Source: Candidatus Marinacidobacterales bacterium
Lineage (GTDB): Bacteria; Acidobacteriota; Vicinamibacteria; Marinacidobacterales; DATDRI01
DNA: 64,000 nucleotides
NCBI GenBank assembly: GCA_965226495.1
Contig: OZ245365.1
Location: forward strand, 5,632,001 to 5,696,000
Direction: 5' to 3'
How positions within the stretch are numbered: position 1 is the first letter of the stretch; each line of letters begins with the position of its first letter. The translations under genes and the position numbers were made by a program. Of the stretch, positions 50,097-63,089 are shown in pieces. The notes beneath the pieces were generated by a model. It was not told where the DNA came from, did no database searches, and worked only from the letters and a program-made list of their open reading frames with translations.

Positions 50097-50957
50097 TTAA
50101 GGTTGGGGCGTACGGCCTCGACCCCAGCGGAATTGTTTTTCCAGTTCCCCGTTGGCCTCTACCGAGCGCTGTGCTTCCTCTTGCTGTTCAAGGCGAGACG
50201 CCATGCCCGCGATCTCTGGATCGCCTGGAAACTCTTCTTCGGCAACACCAAGGATCGTCTCGGCATCTTCGTAACGCTGGAGATCTCCGAACGCTTCTGC
50301 CTGCATGAGGTACCCCTTGCGACGCGTATCAGGCTCCTCGGCACGGGCGAGGAGCTTTTCCAACGTTTCGATACTCTTTTCGGCCCGCCCGTTCAAGCGA
50401 TCGATATGCGCGACTCGTAGATGTGCGGTCGCCGAACCCTCCCCATAGGGAAATTCTCGAATCACCCGACCGTAAACCTGAGCAGCCAGCTCGAGCTCAT
50501 CGGTGCTGTATCGGCTGTTTGCAATTTTCAAAAGAAGGTTCTTCTTTTCCGCCGTATTGGTCTCGGCCACCAAGAGTAGCTCGTACTCTTGTATCGCCTT
50601 CTCCGGCTGCCCGAGATCTTGCTCGTACATGCGCGCCAGAACGCGCCGAGCATCGCGCGTGACCTCCGCATCCGGGTAGAAGCTCAGCAGCTTCCGAAGG
50701 GTCGACCGCGCGGTTTCGAGATCCCTTCGCTGAAGGTAGTGAATAAGCGCCAGGTCGTACAACGCCTGGGCCGCCTCGGGGCTACCGGGAGCCTGAATCG
50801 TTACCTCGGTGTAGTGCTCTATCGCCTCGCGATAGAGCCCTTGCCCCAGCGCCTCTCGCGCCGCCGCAAGCTCGTCCGAACCCGGTGAGGAACACGCGAA
50901 GGCGCACCCACACACGAGGACGGCCAGGAGAAACAACTGGATGGAACGAGCAGGCAC
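50097..50957 (-). CDS. TPR lipoprotein (BamD/CpoB-like)
   Basis: Lipobox AFAC; repeated A..AL..L..Y...FP TPR pattern; start approximate (longer ORF overlaps gyrA). Confidence 0.7.
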   Translation of the reverse strand: MPARSIQLFLLAVLVCGCAFACSSPGSDELAAAREALGQGLYREAIEHYTEVTIQAPGSPEAAQALYDLALIHYLQRRDLETARSTLRKLLSFYPDAEVTRDARRVLARMYEQDLGQPEKAIQEYELLLVAETNTAEKKNLLLKIANSRYSTDELELAAQVYGRVIREFPYGEGSATAHLRVAHIDRLNGRAEKSIETLEKLLARAEEPDTRRKGYLMQAEAFGDLQRYEDAETILGVAEEEFPGDPEIAGMASRLEQQEEAQRSVEANGELEKQFRWGRGRTPQP

Positions 50958-51033
50958 GACCTTGAGCTTTGTCGGCCAGCATACACGGCAGCCGACTTCA
51001 GAGCCGCAGCCTTCTATGGCATCGTTGGTATTC

Positions 51034-53511
51034 TTAGCCGGCTTCGTCGTCTTTGGGACCTTCTCCGTTCGTCTCGTCCTGCTTTTCGGCAAGCTTCGCA
51101 ATTGCCACCACGTGATCGCCTTCGTCGACCTGGATGAGTCGAACGCCTTGCGTCGCCCGTCCCAGGACCCCGATTCCGTTGACCCGCAGACGCAGGATCA
51201 TCCCGTTGCCGGTTACGACCATGATCTCGTCTTCATCGCCCACAAATCGGACGCCGACCACTGAGCCGTTCCTCTCGGTGGTTTTGATGTTGATGATCCC
51301 TTTTCCGCCTCGGCTCTGAAGTCGGTAATGCTCAAGGGCGGTCCGTTTCCCGTAACCCATTTCGGTGACCGTGAGCAGAGTTCCCTCTTTCTCAACCACC
51401 GACATGCCGACGACTCGATCCGCCTTCCGTAGCCCGATACCTTTAACCCCCGCTGCCGTCCGCCCCATCGGTCGGACATCGGATGCCGCGAATCGAATGG
51501 CGAGCCCGTTCTTCGTGGCGAGCACGGCTTCGTCCTCCCCCCCGGTTACCGCCGCGGCGATCAGAGAATCTCCCTCGGGGATACCGATAGCGATGATCCC
51601 TCTGGACATCGGATTCGAAAAGGCGGACAGGGGAGTTTTCTTCACCCTTCCGCTTTGCGTCGCCATCAACACGTGCCGGTCTTCGGGGAATTCCTTCACC
51701 GGGCAGACCGCAGCGAGTTTCTCCTTGGAGCTCATCGAGACGAGGTTAACGATCGCCTTTCCTTTACCTGCCGAGCCGACTTCTGGGATCTCGTGCACCT
51801 TACGCCAGTACACCTTGCCGAGATCGGTGAAAATGAGTACGTAATCGTGGGTGGAGGCAATGAAGAGCCGATTCACGAAGTCCTCGTCACGGGTCCGCAT
51901 GCCGATCCGTCCTTTGCCCCCGCGTTTCTGCTTGCGATAGACGGTGACAGGACTTCGTTTGATATAGCCCAGATGGGACACGGTGATGACCATGTCCTCT
52001 TCCACAATCATGTCCTCCACGCGAATCTCGCGGGTCTTGGCGATGATCTCAGTGCGACGGGGATCGTCGAACTTTTCCTTGCCCTCGAGAAGCTCGTCTC
52101 GGACGATCTCTTTGATCCTCGCTTCGTTGGCCAGAATGGCCTTCAACTCCGCAACCAGCTCCTGGATCTGCTTGTGCTCGTCTACGATTTTCTGGCGCTC
52201 CATCCCAGTCAAGCGATGGAGCTGTAGATCGAGAATCGCCTGGGCCTGGAGCTCCGAGAACTCGTAACGGGAGATCAACTGCTCCCGCGCCTCGGCGGGT
52301 GTGCTCGCGGCACGGATGAGGTCTATGATTTCATCCAGATGATCGAGCGCCTTGACGAAACCCTCCAAGAGGTGCGCTCGCGCTTCTGCTTTAGCAAGCT
52401 CGAAGGCGGTTCGGCGGCGAACGACGTCTCGACGGAAATCTAGAAACTCCTTAACGATCTCGAGAAGCTGAAAAACCTTAGGCCGTTTCTCGGAGATGGC
52501 GAGGAGGATGACTCCGAAGCTCGTTTGCAGCGCCGTGTGCTTGTAGAGATTGTTCAAAACCACCTGAGGCACTTCGCCTCGTTTGAGTTCCAGCACCATA
52601 CGCATGCCGTGGCGGTCCGATTCGTCACGCAAGTCCGAGATCCCTTCCACCCTCCGGTCCCGAACCAACTCGGCAATTTTCTCCAGAAGCCGTGCTTTGT
52701 TGACCTGGTAGGGGAGCTCGGTGACGATGATCGCTTGGCGATCCTTACCGATGTCTTCAATCTCGGCGCGGGCTCGCAGCTGAATCGTACCCCGCCCGGT
52801 TCGATAGGCCCGCTCGATTCCTTCCCTGCCATGCACAAAACCCGCGGTCGGGAAATCGGGCCCCGGTATTCGCTCCAGTAGGCCGTCGGTCAGCTCGTGC
52901 TCCGACAATTCTGGGTTCTCGAGCACGAAGACAGCCCCGTCCACCACCTCACCTAAGTTGTGCGGGGGAATATTCGTCGCCATCCCCACCGCGATGCCAC
53001 TCGTCCCGTTTACCAACAGATTGGGCACCGTAGTCGGAAGCACCGTCGGCTCCTCGACATTGCCGTCGAAGTTGGGGGTGAAATCCACGGTATCTTTGTC
53101 CAGATCCCGCATCATCCCCTCGGCCAGCGGTGTGAGCCTCGCCTCGGTGTAGCGGTAGGCGGCGGGGGGATCGCCATCGACGGAACCGAAGTTCCCCTGT
53201 CCGTCGATGAGCGGATACCGGAGGTTGAAGCCTTGCGCCATGCGTACCAGAGTGTCGTAGACGGCGGAATCGCCGTGCGGATGGTATTTCTTCAGGACCT
53301 CTCCGACGATGCCCGCGCACTTCGAGTACGGTCGACTAGCAAGGAGCCCCTCGCGGAACATCGCGTACAGCACCCGCCGGTGGACCGGCTTCAAACCGTC
53401 TCGAACATCTGGAAGAGCGCGGCCGATGATCACCGACATCGCGTAGTCCATGTAGGACTTTTTCATCTCGTCTTCGATGTTGACCGGCAGCCGCTCAGCC
53501 GCTAGGACCAT
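51034..53511 (-). CDS. gyrA: DNA gyrase subunit A
   Basis: [41 protein letters not shown], GyrA-box QKRGGKG. Confidence 0.98.
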   Translation of the reverse strand: MVLAAERLPVNIEDEMKKSYMDYAMSVIIGRALPDVRDGLKPVHRRVLYAMFREGLLASRPYSKCAGIVGEVLKKYHPHGDSAVYDTLVRMAQGFNLRYPLIDGQGNFGSVDGDPPAAYRYTEARLTPLAEGMMRDLDKDTVDFTPNFDGNVEEPTVLPTTVPNLLVNGTSGIAVGMATNIPPHNLGEVVDGAVFVLENPELSEHELTDGLLERIPGPDFPTAGFVHGREGIERAYRTGRGTIQLRARAEIEDIGKDRQAIIVTELPYQVNKARLLEKIAELVRDRRVEGISDLRDESDRHGMRMVLELKRGEVPQVVLNNLYKHTALQTSFGVILLAISEKRPKVFQLLEIVKEFLDFRRDVVRRRTAFELAKAEARAHLLEGFVKALDHLDEIIDLIRAASTPAEAREQLISRYEFSELQAQAILDLQLHRLTGMERQKIVDEHKQIQELVAELKAILANEARIKEIVRDELLEGKEKFDDPRRTEIIAKTREIRVEDMIVEEDMVITVSHLGYIKRSPVTVYRKQKRGGKGRIGMRTRDEDFVNRLFIASTHDYVLIFTDLGKVYWRKVHEIPEVGSAGKGKAIVNLVSMSSKEKLAAVCPVKEFPEDRHVLMATQSGRVKKTPLSAFSNPMSRGIIAIGIPEGDSLIAAAVTGGEDEAVLATKNGLAIRFAASDVRPMGRTAAGVKGIGLRKADRVVGMSVVEKEGTLLTVTEMGYGKRTALEHYRLQSRGGKGIINIKTTERNGSVVGVRFVGDEDEIMVVTGNGMILRLRVNGIGVLGRATQGVRLIQVDEGDHVVAIAKLAEKQDETNGEGPKDDEAG

Positions 53512-53608
53512 TTGGTGCTCCTTCTTCTTTCTCTATTCTGTTTCTCGGAGGGGAGGGAATGCGAGAGTCTGGTGAGAGCCAAAAATCCGGGTTCGTCACT
53601 CCAGTGCA

Positions 53609-56086
<2,478 letters not shown>

Positions 56087-56117
56087 CTAACTGTTGTGGT
56101 AGTTATTGGTGCGGTAC

Positions 56118-57224
56118 TCACGTCCGCATGGGCATGACCACGTACCGGTAATCCACTTCTTTACTCTCGTTGAAAGGCCTTAGCAAACACTGGGAGGAGT
56201 CGTCCTTAAGCTCGAGCCGGACCTTCTCCGACTCCTCAACATTCAGAAAATCAAGTATGTATTGCCCATTGAAGCCGACCTCGAGGCCGTCCCCTCCATA
56301 CTCGACTTCCATTTCTTCCTTCGCTTCGCCAAGCTCCGGATTCTGTGAGGATATCTCCATCTTGTCCGAGTCGATCGCCATCCGGACCGCACGGGATCGC
56401 TCGTTCGCCAAGAGCGAGACCCGTCGAAGTGCTCCGCCAAGGGAATCTCGACGACATAGCACAACCTTGTCGTTCCCCTTTGGGATTACCTTGTCATAGG
56501 CTGGGAATTGATCTTCTACTCGCTTCGACACGAGGAGGCGGTCCTTCACTCTAAAGAAAAGATGGTTGTCTCCCTGGGAGAATTCGACGTCCCCGTCTGA
56601 CTCACCCAAGATCTTTACCAACTCCAGCAAAGTCTTCTTTGGAACGATGACCGATAGAGATCCGTCTCCTGCCTTACCTTTGACCATTATATAGGCCAGC
56701 CGGTGACCGTCGGTAGCCACCATCCGGAAGCCGTCGGGTCCAATCTCTAGCTTAGCTCCATTCAGAAAGTACCGGCTGTCGTCCGCGGTGATGGCAAAGC
56801 TGGTCTTGTGAATCATCTCTCGCAGAACACCGCCCGGAATGACACAGGCAGGCTCCTTCGGTGGCTCGGCGAGGGAAGGAAAGTCCACCTTCGCCAACCC
56901 GACCATCTTGAAATAGGACTTACCGCTGGTTATGGATGCCCAGAAGTTCTCTAGTTCCTTGATCTCGATCTGGGGCTCGGATACGGCGCGGACGATCTCG
57001 AAGAGCTTCTTCGCCGACAAGGTTAGGGAACCGGCGTCCTTGACCTCAGCGGGAAACTGGCACCGTAGGCCCACGTCCAGATCGGTCGCCGTAAGCGTTA
57101 CTTCGGAATCACCGGCATCGATGAGGACGTTAGCCAATACCGGAATCGTGTTCTTCCGCTCCACAATACCCTGAATCAAGGAAAGCTCCTTGAGTAACTC
57201 GTCCTTCCTAGCGGTAAATTCCAT
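56118..57224 (-). CDS. dnaN: DNA polymerase III beta clamp
   Basis: Start MEFTARK with AAGGA RBS; ATDL, VATDGHRL, IVPKK, GFNGQY, VVMPMR. Confidence 0.97.
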   Translation of the reverse strand: MEFTARKDELLKELSLIQGIVERKNTIPVLANVLIDAGDSEVTLTATDLDVGLRCQFPAEVKDAGSLTLSAKKLFEIVRAVSEPQIEIKELENFWASITSGKSYFKMVGLAKVDFPSLAEPPKEPACVIPGGVLREMIHKTSFAITADDSRYFLNGAKLEIGPDGFRMVATDGHRLAYIMVKGKAGDGSLSVIVPKKTLLELVKILGESDGDVEFSQGDNHLFFRVKDRLLVSKRVEDQFPAYDKVIPKGNDKVVLCRRDSLGGALRRVSLLANERSRAVRMAIDSDKMEISSQNPELGEAKEEMEVEYGGDGLEVGFNGQYILDFLNVEESEKVRLELKDDSSQCLLRPFNESKEVDYRYVVMPMRT

Positions 57225-57234
57225 AGTGTTTCTT

Positions 57235-57450
57235 CCTTTTAGTAATAGATAGTTGTTAAACAAGTAATTATATCAATAATAGCCTGTTGAAACAAACAAA
57301 ACGCATAGTTAAACCCTTTAAAACTGGTTATTTATAAAGAAATTAAACCATAGGAAACTCCGCGGATAGGATCTACTAAGAATTGTGGAAATTTGGTCTG
57401 GCGGCTTACTCTCTGGTCTTCCACAGACACGTGCATATCTCTGTTGAAAA
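57235..57450. other. Probable oriC: AT-rich unwinding region, DnaA-trio-like triplets and DnaA boxes
   Basis: Strikingly AT-rich stretch between dnaA and dnaN; box-like 9-mers TGTTGAAAC 57285, TGTGGAAAT 57384, TCTTCCACA 57417, TGTTGAAAA 57442; TAATAG next to GCC and the first box. Confidence 0.8.
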
Positions 57451-57516
57451 AGAGGAAAAGTCCGAAGGTGCCTCTCAGGTCGTGCTGGACGTCCAAAATG
57501 GGGAGTAGCCATCGGG

Positions 57517-57562
57517 TGGCCGTCAAAATACGTTGTGGTAGCAACCAAGGTCGTCAGACGGC
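57517..57562 (-). repeat. Copy of the structured intergenic repeat family just downstream of dnaA
   Basis: + strand tggccgtcaaaatacgttgtggtagcaaccaaggtcgtcagacggc; terminal GCCGTC/GACGGC stem. Confidence 0.7.
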
Positions 57563-57587
57563 GGTAGCCGGCGTCGCTCGTGGAAAT

Positions 57588-58907
57588 TCAGTGGAAGGAC
57601 TCTATAAAGCCCTGTATGAGCTTATCGAAGTCGGGATCGGTACCCATCATACCCTTCACCTTACGGATGGAGTGGATGACCGTCGAGTGGTGTTTTCCGC
57701 CGAAACCCTTGCCGATGTCGGGAAGGCTGGCCCTGGTTAGCTGCTTGGCCATATACATGGCAATCTGGCGGGGCAGGGCGACCGACTTGGAGTTGTTGCG
57801 GGCCTTGAGATCCGAGATTTTTAGGCTGTAGTGATCCGCCACGAACTTCTGGATCATCTCCAGGTTGATGATGCGATCTTCGCTCGCTAGGAGATCGCGC
57901 AGAACATCTTGGGCGAGCTCAAGATTCACAGTGCGGCCAGTCAGTGAGGAGTAGGCGATCAGCCGGATAAGAGAGCCTTCGAGCTCCCGGACGTTCGACT
58001 TGATTTTGGAAGCGATAAAGATCGCTACATTGTCAGGGATGTGGACCTGCTCGGCATCCGCCTTTTTTCTGAGAATCGCGATTTTTGTCTCGAGGTCGGG
58101 GGCTTGGATATCTGCAGTGAGTCCCCATTCGAAACGGGAGTGGAGCCTCTCTTCCAAGGTGGGTATGGCCCGAGGAGGGGCGTCACTGCTTATGGCAATT
58201 TGTTTCTGCGCGTCGTAGAGGGCGTTGAAGGTGTGAAAGAATTCTTCCTGTGTGCGTTCTTTCCCCGCGATGAATTGAATGTCGTCGATGAGCAAGACGT
58301 CGATGGAGCGGAGTCGACGCCGGAAGTCGAGGATGCGGTCGTAGCGGATAGCATTGATGAGGTCGTTCATGAACTTTTCGGCGGAGATGTAGACTAAGCG
58401 GACGCTGTTGTTCTGCTGAAGGATCTGGTGACCGATCGCATGTAGGAGATGCGTTTTCCCGAGGCCCACGCCGCCATAGATGAAGAGCGGGTTGTAGGCT
58501 TTCGATGGTGACTCTGCCACCGCTCGCGATGCGGCGTGCGCGAACTGATTGCTGGTGCCGACGACGAAGGAGTCGAACGTGTATTTGGAGCTCAGCGCGG
58601 GGAGTTCTTGTTTGTCGGGAACCACCGAAGGAGCGGTTTCGGTGACCGATGGTCCTTCTTGCTCGGAGGCGGCCTGCGCTGCTTCGAACACCACTTCGAT
58701 CTCGTGTCGATCCAACTCGTCCAGGGACTCGTGAATGACCCCGGTGTAGTGTTTGGTTAGCCAGTCACGAAAGTGCGAATTGGGAACTTGAACCGCAAGC
58801 TTGTTGCCGGTCTCGAACAATAACCGCGTCGGTCGAAACCAGGTATTGAAGCTATGCCGGTTTACCTTGGATTCGACTCTCGCGAGAATACTCTCCCAGA
58901 GATTCAT
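57588..58907 (-). CDS. dnaA: Chromosomal replication initiator
   Basis: FNTWF, YNPLFIYGGVGLGKTHL, DDIQF, RFEWGL, RELEG, RQIAMY, HSTVIH. Confidence 0.99.
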   Translation of the reverse strand: MNLWESILARVESKVNRHSFNTWFRPTRLLFETGNKLAVQVPNSHFRDWLTKHYTGVIHESLDELDRHEIEVVFEAAQAASEQEGPSVTETAPSVVPDKQELPALSSKYTFDSFVVGTSNQFAHAASRAVAESPSKAYNPLFIYGGVGLGKTHLLHAIGHQILQQNNSVRLVYISAEKFMNDLINAIRYDRILDFRRRLRSIDVLLIDDIQFIAGKERTQEEFFHTFNALYDAQKQIAISSDAPPRAIPTLEERLHSRFEWGLTADIQAPDLETKIAILRKKADAEQVHIPDNVAIFIASKIKSNVRELEGSLIRLIAYSSLTGRTVNLELAQDVLRDLLASEDRIINLEMIQKFVADHYSLKISDLKARNNSKSVALPRQIAMYMAKQLTRASLPDIGKGFGGKHHSTVIHSIRKVKGMMGTDPDFDKLIQGFIESFH

Positions 58908-59009
58908 AGTTAGGCCAGGCTAAACAACTTAAACTAATAGATTTACGAAGGCCGCCACGGGCGTTCGTGGGAAACTTCCAAGGACACCGCGGCCACTCTC
59001 CGGGAGGCG

Positions 59010-59041
59010 TTTTGCACAGTTTTTTCCACAGGTGTTGAAAA
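59010..59041. promoter_or_regulatory. DnaA box cluster upstream of dnaA
   Basis: TTTTGCACA 59010-59018, TTTTCCACA 59022-59030, TGTTGAAAA 59033-59041. Confidence 0.7.
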
Positions 59042-59177
59042 AAAGTACATCCAACGACTCCCCTGCTGATGCAGTTTGCGGTTTTTTGTACCGGACGAGC
59101 GGCAAACATTAGCACAAGGGATCGAGTCCGACAAGAGAAATGTAGGACGCATGTTCCGTGAAAAGTGTGTTCCTTGG

Positions 59178-59206
59178 TTGACAGTTCGGGAGGACGGAGG
59201 TAGCAT
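59178..59206 (+). promoter_or_regulatory. Sigma70 promoter of the rpmH operon
   Basis: TTGACA-N17-TAGCAT. Confidence 0.7.
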
Positions 59207-59290
59207 GACTGGTTTGGCCAGTGAACGGTTTTCGTCTCGGTTCTTGCAGGCGGGAGCGGAAGGCGGCTCAGCAGTGAGAGAGGTTAGAAC

Positions 59291-59425
59291 ATGAAAAGGA
59301 CATTCCAGCCGAACCGTCGGCGCCGGAAAAAGACGCACGGTTTCCGGATCCGCATGAGTAGCAAAGCAGGGCGCGCCGTGATCGCGCGTCGCCGTCGCAA
59401 GGGCAGGCGTCGGCTGGCCGGCTAG
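59291..59425 (+). CDS. rpmH: 50S ribosomal protein L34 (not in the ORF track)
   Basis: Manual translation [44 protein letters not shown]; GAGG RBS. Confidence 0.97.
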   Translation: MKRTFQPNRRRRKKTHGFRIRMSSKAGRAVIARRRRKGRRRLAG

Positions 59426-59445
59426 GCCAGCGAAGCCTGCGAAAA

Positions 59446-59844
59446 GTGAAGAGACGAGCGATCGCTTGGAGTGCTTTGAAACAACAGCTGGGTCGCCAGG
59501 ATCGGTTGAGACGGAAGGCGGATTTTGAGAAAGTCTACTCGAAAGGACGACGGGTTTCCGGACGACTCTTTATTGGCTACCTCTTGTTTGGGGAGCGGGG
59601 CCCGCTTCGGGTCGGCGTCGTTGCCAGCCGTCGAGTGGGAGACGCGATTCGTCGAAACCGGGCAAAGCGTCGGCTCCGCGAAGTGTTTCGCAAGAACAAA
59701 CCGCGCGGTTCAATAACCGCGGATGTCGTCCTCATTGCCAGAGCCGCGATCACCGAGGCCAGCTTTGAGGATATCTCTAGAGCCTATGTTCGAGGCGTGG
59801 GCCGAGCTCTCGAGGAAGGCAGCCGACAACCTGAAGGCACTTGA
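59446..59844 (+). CDS. rnpA: RNase P protein component
   Basis: [33 protein letters not shown]; start may be slightly downstream. Confidence 0.93.
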   Translation: MKRRAIAWSALKQQLGRQDRLRRKADFEKVYSKGRRVSGRLFIGYLLFGERGPLRVGVVASRRVGDAIRRNRAKRRLREVFRKNKPRGSITADVVLIARAAITEASFEDISRAYVRGVGRALEEGSRQPEGT

Positions 59845-60064
59845 TCGGCTCGTACTGGCACGAGTGGTGCTGGCCGGAATCTGGTTCTACCGGGTCTTCC
59901 TGTCATGGTTGTTTCGCGGCACGTGCCGTTTCGTCCCTTCCTGCTCCGCCTATTCGGCAGAGGCCGTAGAGCGCTACGGGGCCATCCAGGGTATCTGGAA
60001 AACGGTCCGTCGCCTCGGAAGATGCCACCCGTTTAGCCCCGGTGGTTTTGACCCCGTTCCTTAA
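59786..60064 (+). CDS. yidD: Membrane protein insertion efficiency factor
   Basis: [34 protein letters not shown]; start uncertain. Confidence 0.9.
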   Translation: MFEAWAELSRKAADNLKALDRLVLARVVLAGIWFYRVFLSWLFRGTCRFVPSCSAYSAEAVERYGAIQGIWKTVRRLGRCHPFSPGGFDPVP

Positions 60065-60072
60065 GGACTTTA

Positions 60073-61839
60073 ATGGAAAAGCGAATCTTGATGGCCTTCG
60101 CGCTGTCGTTTATGGTCTTCACTCTTTATCTGAGGTTTTTTGCCCCGCCGCCGGAACCACAGCCGCTTACCGAGCCCGGGCAGCCAGGAAGTACCTTCGA
60201 GGACGCCGGTCGTCGGCCCCTCGAAACGTCGAGACCTCCAGCACCGTCGGCGTCGGTGCCCGTGACGTCTTCGATTGAGGTTTCGAGTGAAGGTTCCGAA
60301 GCCGAGGCACCTGCCGGTGAAGTGCGCGCAGACGCCATCGACCGGACGATCGAAGTCAACACGCCGCTTTACCGGGCCGTGTTGGTGAATCGCGGTGCCA
60401 CCATCCAGAGCTTCACCCTCAAGGAATATGCGAACGAACAAGGGGATCCTTTCGAGATGGTTCCCATCGAGGCGAGCGAGATCCTGGGAGTCCATCCCCT
60501 CGCTCTAGACCTCCGGGACCCCGCGATCACGGAAGAAGTGAAGGATGCGCTTTTCGAGACGTCGCGCTTGCGGATGGACTTGCGTCCGGGAGAAACCGGA
60601 GAGCTCTCGTTCGATTGGGCGAACGGGCGAGGACTTACCGTCAGCAAGAAGGTGGGATTTTCCGCCGAAACCTACCGGCTCACGGTCGAGGTTTCGGTCC
60701 AACGAAACGGCATCGAGCTCGACAAGATGATGCTCTACGGACCCGGCGTTGGAGATCAGGCGCGCGAAGGCAGATACGTGCAACCCGACCAGGGCGTAAT
60801 CCAGTCGAATGGTCAGATGGAGTTCTTCTCGCTGGGCGACATCGAGGACTTCCCGGGGGCTTCGGTGGGAGTTCAAATGGCAGGCGTTTCCGCCCACTAC
60901 TTTGCCGGACTCATGGTGCCGGAGAAGGACAGCCGCCTCGCCGCAACCCTCGCTACCCAGACGCTCGAGCTGGGCGGGGAGACTCCCCAGAAACGTGTCT
61001 TCATCACGGCCGGGCTCGAAGCGGCGAACGCGCCTCTAGCAGCGACGGTCTTCATAGGGCCCAAGAAGCAAGACCTGCTGGCCGAGCTCGGTCCGGGAAT
61101 CGACAAGGTCGTCGACTACGGAAGCTGGATGCGCCACCTGGCCTTGCCGCTTCGCCAGGGCCTCTTGTGGATCTACGGCTACGTCGGTAATTTCGGATGG
61201 TCGATCGTCTTGCTGACCGTTGGGATCAACGTGCTCCTGATTCCTCTCAAGCACCATAGTTACGTCTCGATGCGGAAGATGCAGAAGCTCGGACCGCAGA
61301 TCAAGCGTATCCAGGAGCGGTACAAGAAGCTCAAGTCCACCGACCCACGCCGGCAGGACATGAACAAGGAGGTCTACGGCCTATACAAGGAGCACAACGT
61401 CTCCCCGCTCTCGGGGTGCCTGCCGATGGTCCTGATGATCCCCTTCTTTTTCGCCTTCTACCGCCTGCTGATGGTTTCGATCGAGCTTCGGCAAGCGCCA
61501 TGGATTCTCTGGATCCAAGATCTCTCCACATTTGATCCCTTCTTCGCGCTACCCATTTTGATGGGCGTCAGCCAGATCGCCATTCAGAGACTGAGCCCTC
61601 AGACCACTGCCGATCCGGTGCAGGCCAAGATCATGGCGTTTATGCCGGTCGTGTTCGTCTTCATCCTGGCTTGGGCTCCGTCCGGCCTGGTGCTGTACTG
61701 GTTCGTAAACAATTTGGTCTCCCTGGGTCAGCAGACCGTGACCAATCGGATGCTAACAAAGGGCGGGCCGGAAGGAGCGGGTACGGCCGGTGCTAAGAAA
61801 AAGAAGAAGAAGAAAGCAAGCGCTCAGACGGTTGTCTGA
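60073..61839 (+). CDS. yidC: Membrane protein insertase
   Basis: FIGPK, GNFGWSIVLLT, SMRKMQ, GCLPM, SIELRQAP, PSGLVLYWFVNN. Confidence 0.97.
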   Translation: MEKRILMAFALSFMVFTLYLRFFAPPPEPQPLTEPGQPGSTFEDAGRRPLETSRPPAPSASVPVTSSIEVSSEGSEAEAPAGEVRADAIDRTIEVNTPLYRAVLVNRGATIQSFTLKEYANEQGDPFEMVPIEASEILGVHPLALDLRDPAITEEVKDALFETSRLRMDLRPGETGELSFDWANGRGLTVSKKVGFSAETYRLTVEVSVQRNGIELDKMMLYGPGVGDQAREGRYVQPDQGVIQSNGQMEFFSLGDIEDFPGASVGVQMAGVSAHYFAGLMVPEKDSRLAATLATQTLELGGETPQKRVFITAGLEAANAPLAATVFIGPKKQDLLAELGPGIDKVVDYGSWMRHLALPLRQGLLWIYGYVGNFGWSIVLLTVGINVLLIPLKHHSYVSMRKMQKLGPQIKRIQERYKKLKSTDPRRQDMNKEVYGLYKEHNVSPLSGCLPMVLMIPFFFAFYRLLMVSIELRQAPWILWIQDLSTFDPFFALPILMGVSQIAIQRLSPQTTADPVQAKIMAFMPVVFVFILAWAPSGLVLYWFVNNLVSLGQQTVTNRMLTKGGPEGAGTAGAKKKKKKKASAQTVV

Positions 61840-61882
61840 CGGCCGGCGACTGAACGGGGACGAAACATGAGCATTGAAGAAG

Positions 61883-61934
61883 GCCGTCTGACGGGGTGTA
61901 TCGTTGGCAACTTCGCATACTGACGGCTGAAAGG
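61883..61934 (+). repeat. Copy of the structured intergenic repeat family between yidC and jag
   Basis: gccgtctgacggggtgtatcgttggcaacttcgcatactgacggctgaaagg; terminal GCCGTC/GACGGC stem. Confidence 0.72.
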
Positions 61935-61956
61935 ATGCTGGATTCGAGATGAGATC

Positions 61957-62403
61957 ATGAATATCGAGGAAGAAGTGAAAGCCTTTCAAACTGAGGTGGT
62001 CGAGCGCATGGGGTTCGACCTCCGCGTCGAGGTCGAGTCAACGGACGAGAACATACTGGTGGAGATGAGCGGCCCGGATCGGGACGAGGTTCTGCAGGAG
62101 AAAGCGGAGCTCCTGGACACCTTCCAGTACCTGCTCAACCGCGTCTTCGCGACACACCTGTCCGGTCGACGCATCGTCGCCGACTGCGACGGCTTCCGCA
62201 TACGCAAGGAAGAGGAGCTTCGGCTGATTGCGCAAAAGGTCTCCCAAAGAGTCAAGCTCACTGGGGCCGGCGAAATCCTTGGCCGGATGAATCCCCACGA
62301 GAGGCGCATCGTTCATCTGGCGGTAGCCGAGGAAGAGGGGGTCACCACCGAGAGCGAAGGCGAGGGCTTCATGAAGAGCATCACCATCCTTCCCCAAAAC
62401 TGA
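61957..62403 (+). CDS. jag: Jag/KhpB (EloR) short form, KH + R3H
   Basis: LDTFQYLLNR, MNPHERRIVH, TESEGEG; position after yidC. Confidence 0.88.
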   Translation: MNIEEEVKAFQTEVVERMGFDLRVEVESTDENILVEMSGPDRDEVLQEKAELLDTFQYLLNRVFATHLSGRRIVADCDGFRIRKEEELRLIAQKVSQRVKLTGAGEILGRMNPHERRIVHLAVAEEEGVTTESEGEGFMKSITILPQN

Positions 62404-62456
62404 CGTCCAATCCTCGCAACCCCACCAGGAACCCCCAACTGCCGGAGGAGAGTGGC

Positions 62457-63089
62457 GTGGAAGAGCGTCTCGCAGATCGCTTGCGCGGACTGGACATCCC
62501 CCTAGGCAGTGCTCAGGTCGGGCAGCTGGTCAAGCTCGATGACCTGCTCGACAAGTGGAGCGAGGCCGTCGATCTCTCGGGATTTCGAGATGGCGAGGAA
62601 CGGTTCCATCGCTACTTGGCGGAGCCTCTCGACGCCCATCGATGGCTCCCCGCCCTCACCGGCGCGGCCCTCGATATCGGCTCCGGTGGGGGCAGCCCCG
62701 CCCTTCCTTTAGCCGTCGCGCGTCCAGGTGATCGCTGGACCCTTCTCGAGCCCAACCGCCGACGGGCGGTCTTTCTGGAGGAAGCCCTGTCGATCTTGGG
62801 GCTCGAAGCGTCGCACGTGGTCCGCCGACGGTGGGAAGACTTCGTTCCCGACGCACCCTTCCTGACGATCACCAGCCGTGGGGTTGCTTTGCCAGCGAGC
62901 GCGCTTTCGACACTGGCCCACTGGCTCGAGCCAGCAGGAAGGCTTCTCTTGTTCACGGGCCAGGAGCGTAGTGAGGAATTGGTGCAATGGGGGGCCGACA
63001 TCCCGACGCTCCACCTCAAGGGGCAGATCGCCCTCGGCCCCCAGCTCAAGGCGTGGCTGGTCGTCTTCGAGGGGCGCGGGACGACGTGA
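62457..63089 (+). CDS. rsmG: 16S rRNA G527 methyltransferase
   Basis: LDIGSGGGSPALPLA, TLLEPNRRRAVFL, TSRG; GGAG RBS. Confidence 0.85.
   Translation: MEERLADRLRGLDIPLGSAQVGQLVKLDDLLDKWSEAVDLSGFRDGEERFHRYLAEPLDAHRWLPALTGAALDIGSGGGSPALPLAVARPGDRWTLLEPNRRRAVFLEEALSILGLEASHVVRRRWEDFVPDAPFLTITSRGVALPASALSTLAHWLEPAGRLLLFTGQERSEELVQWGADIPTLHLKGQIALGPQLKAWLVVFEGRGTT

Noticed and set aside
59152-59166. Second parS (tgttccgtgaaaagt)
   Set aside because: Needs a 2-nt gap plus mismatches to fit the 16-bp palindrome
61883-61892. GCCGTCTGAC similar to the Neisseria DNA uptake sequence
   Set aside because: Only occurs as part of the longer repeat and is not abundant in the window
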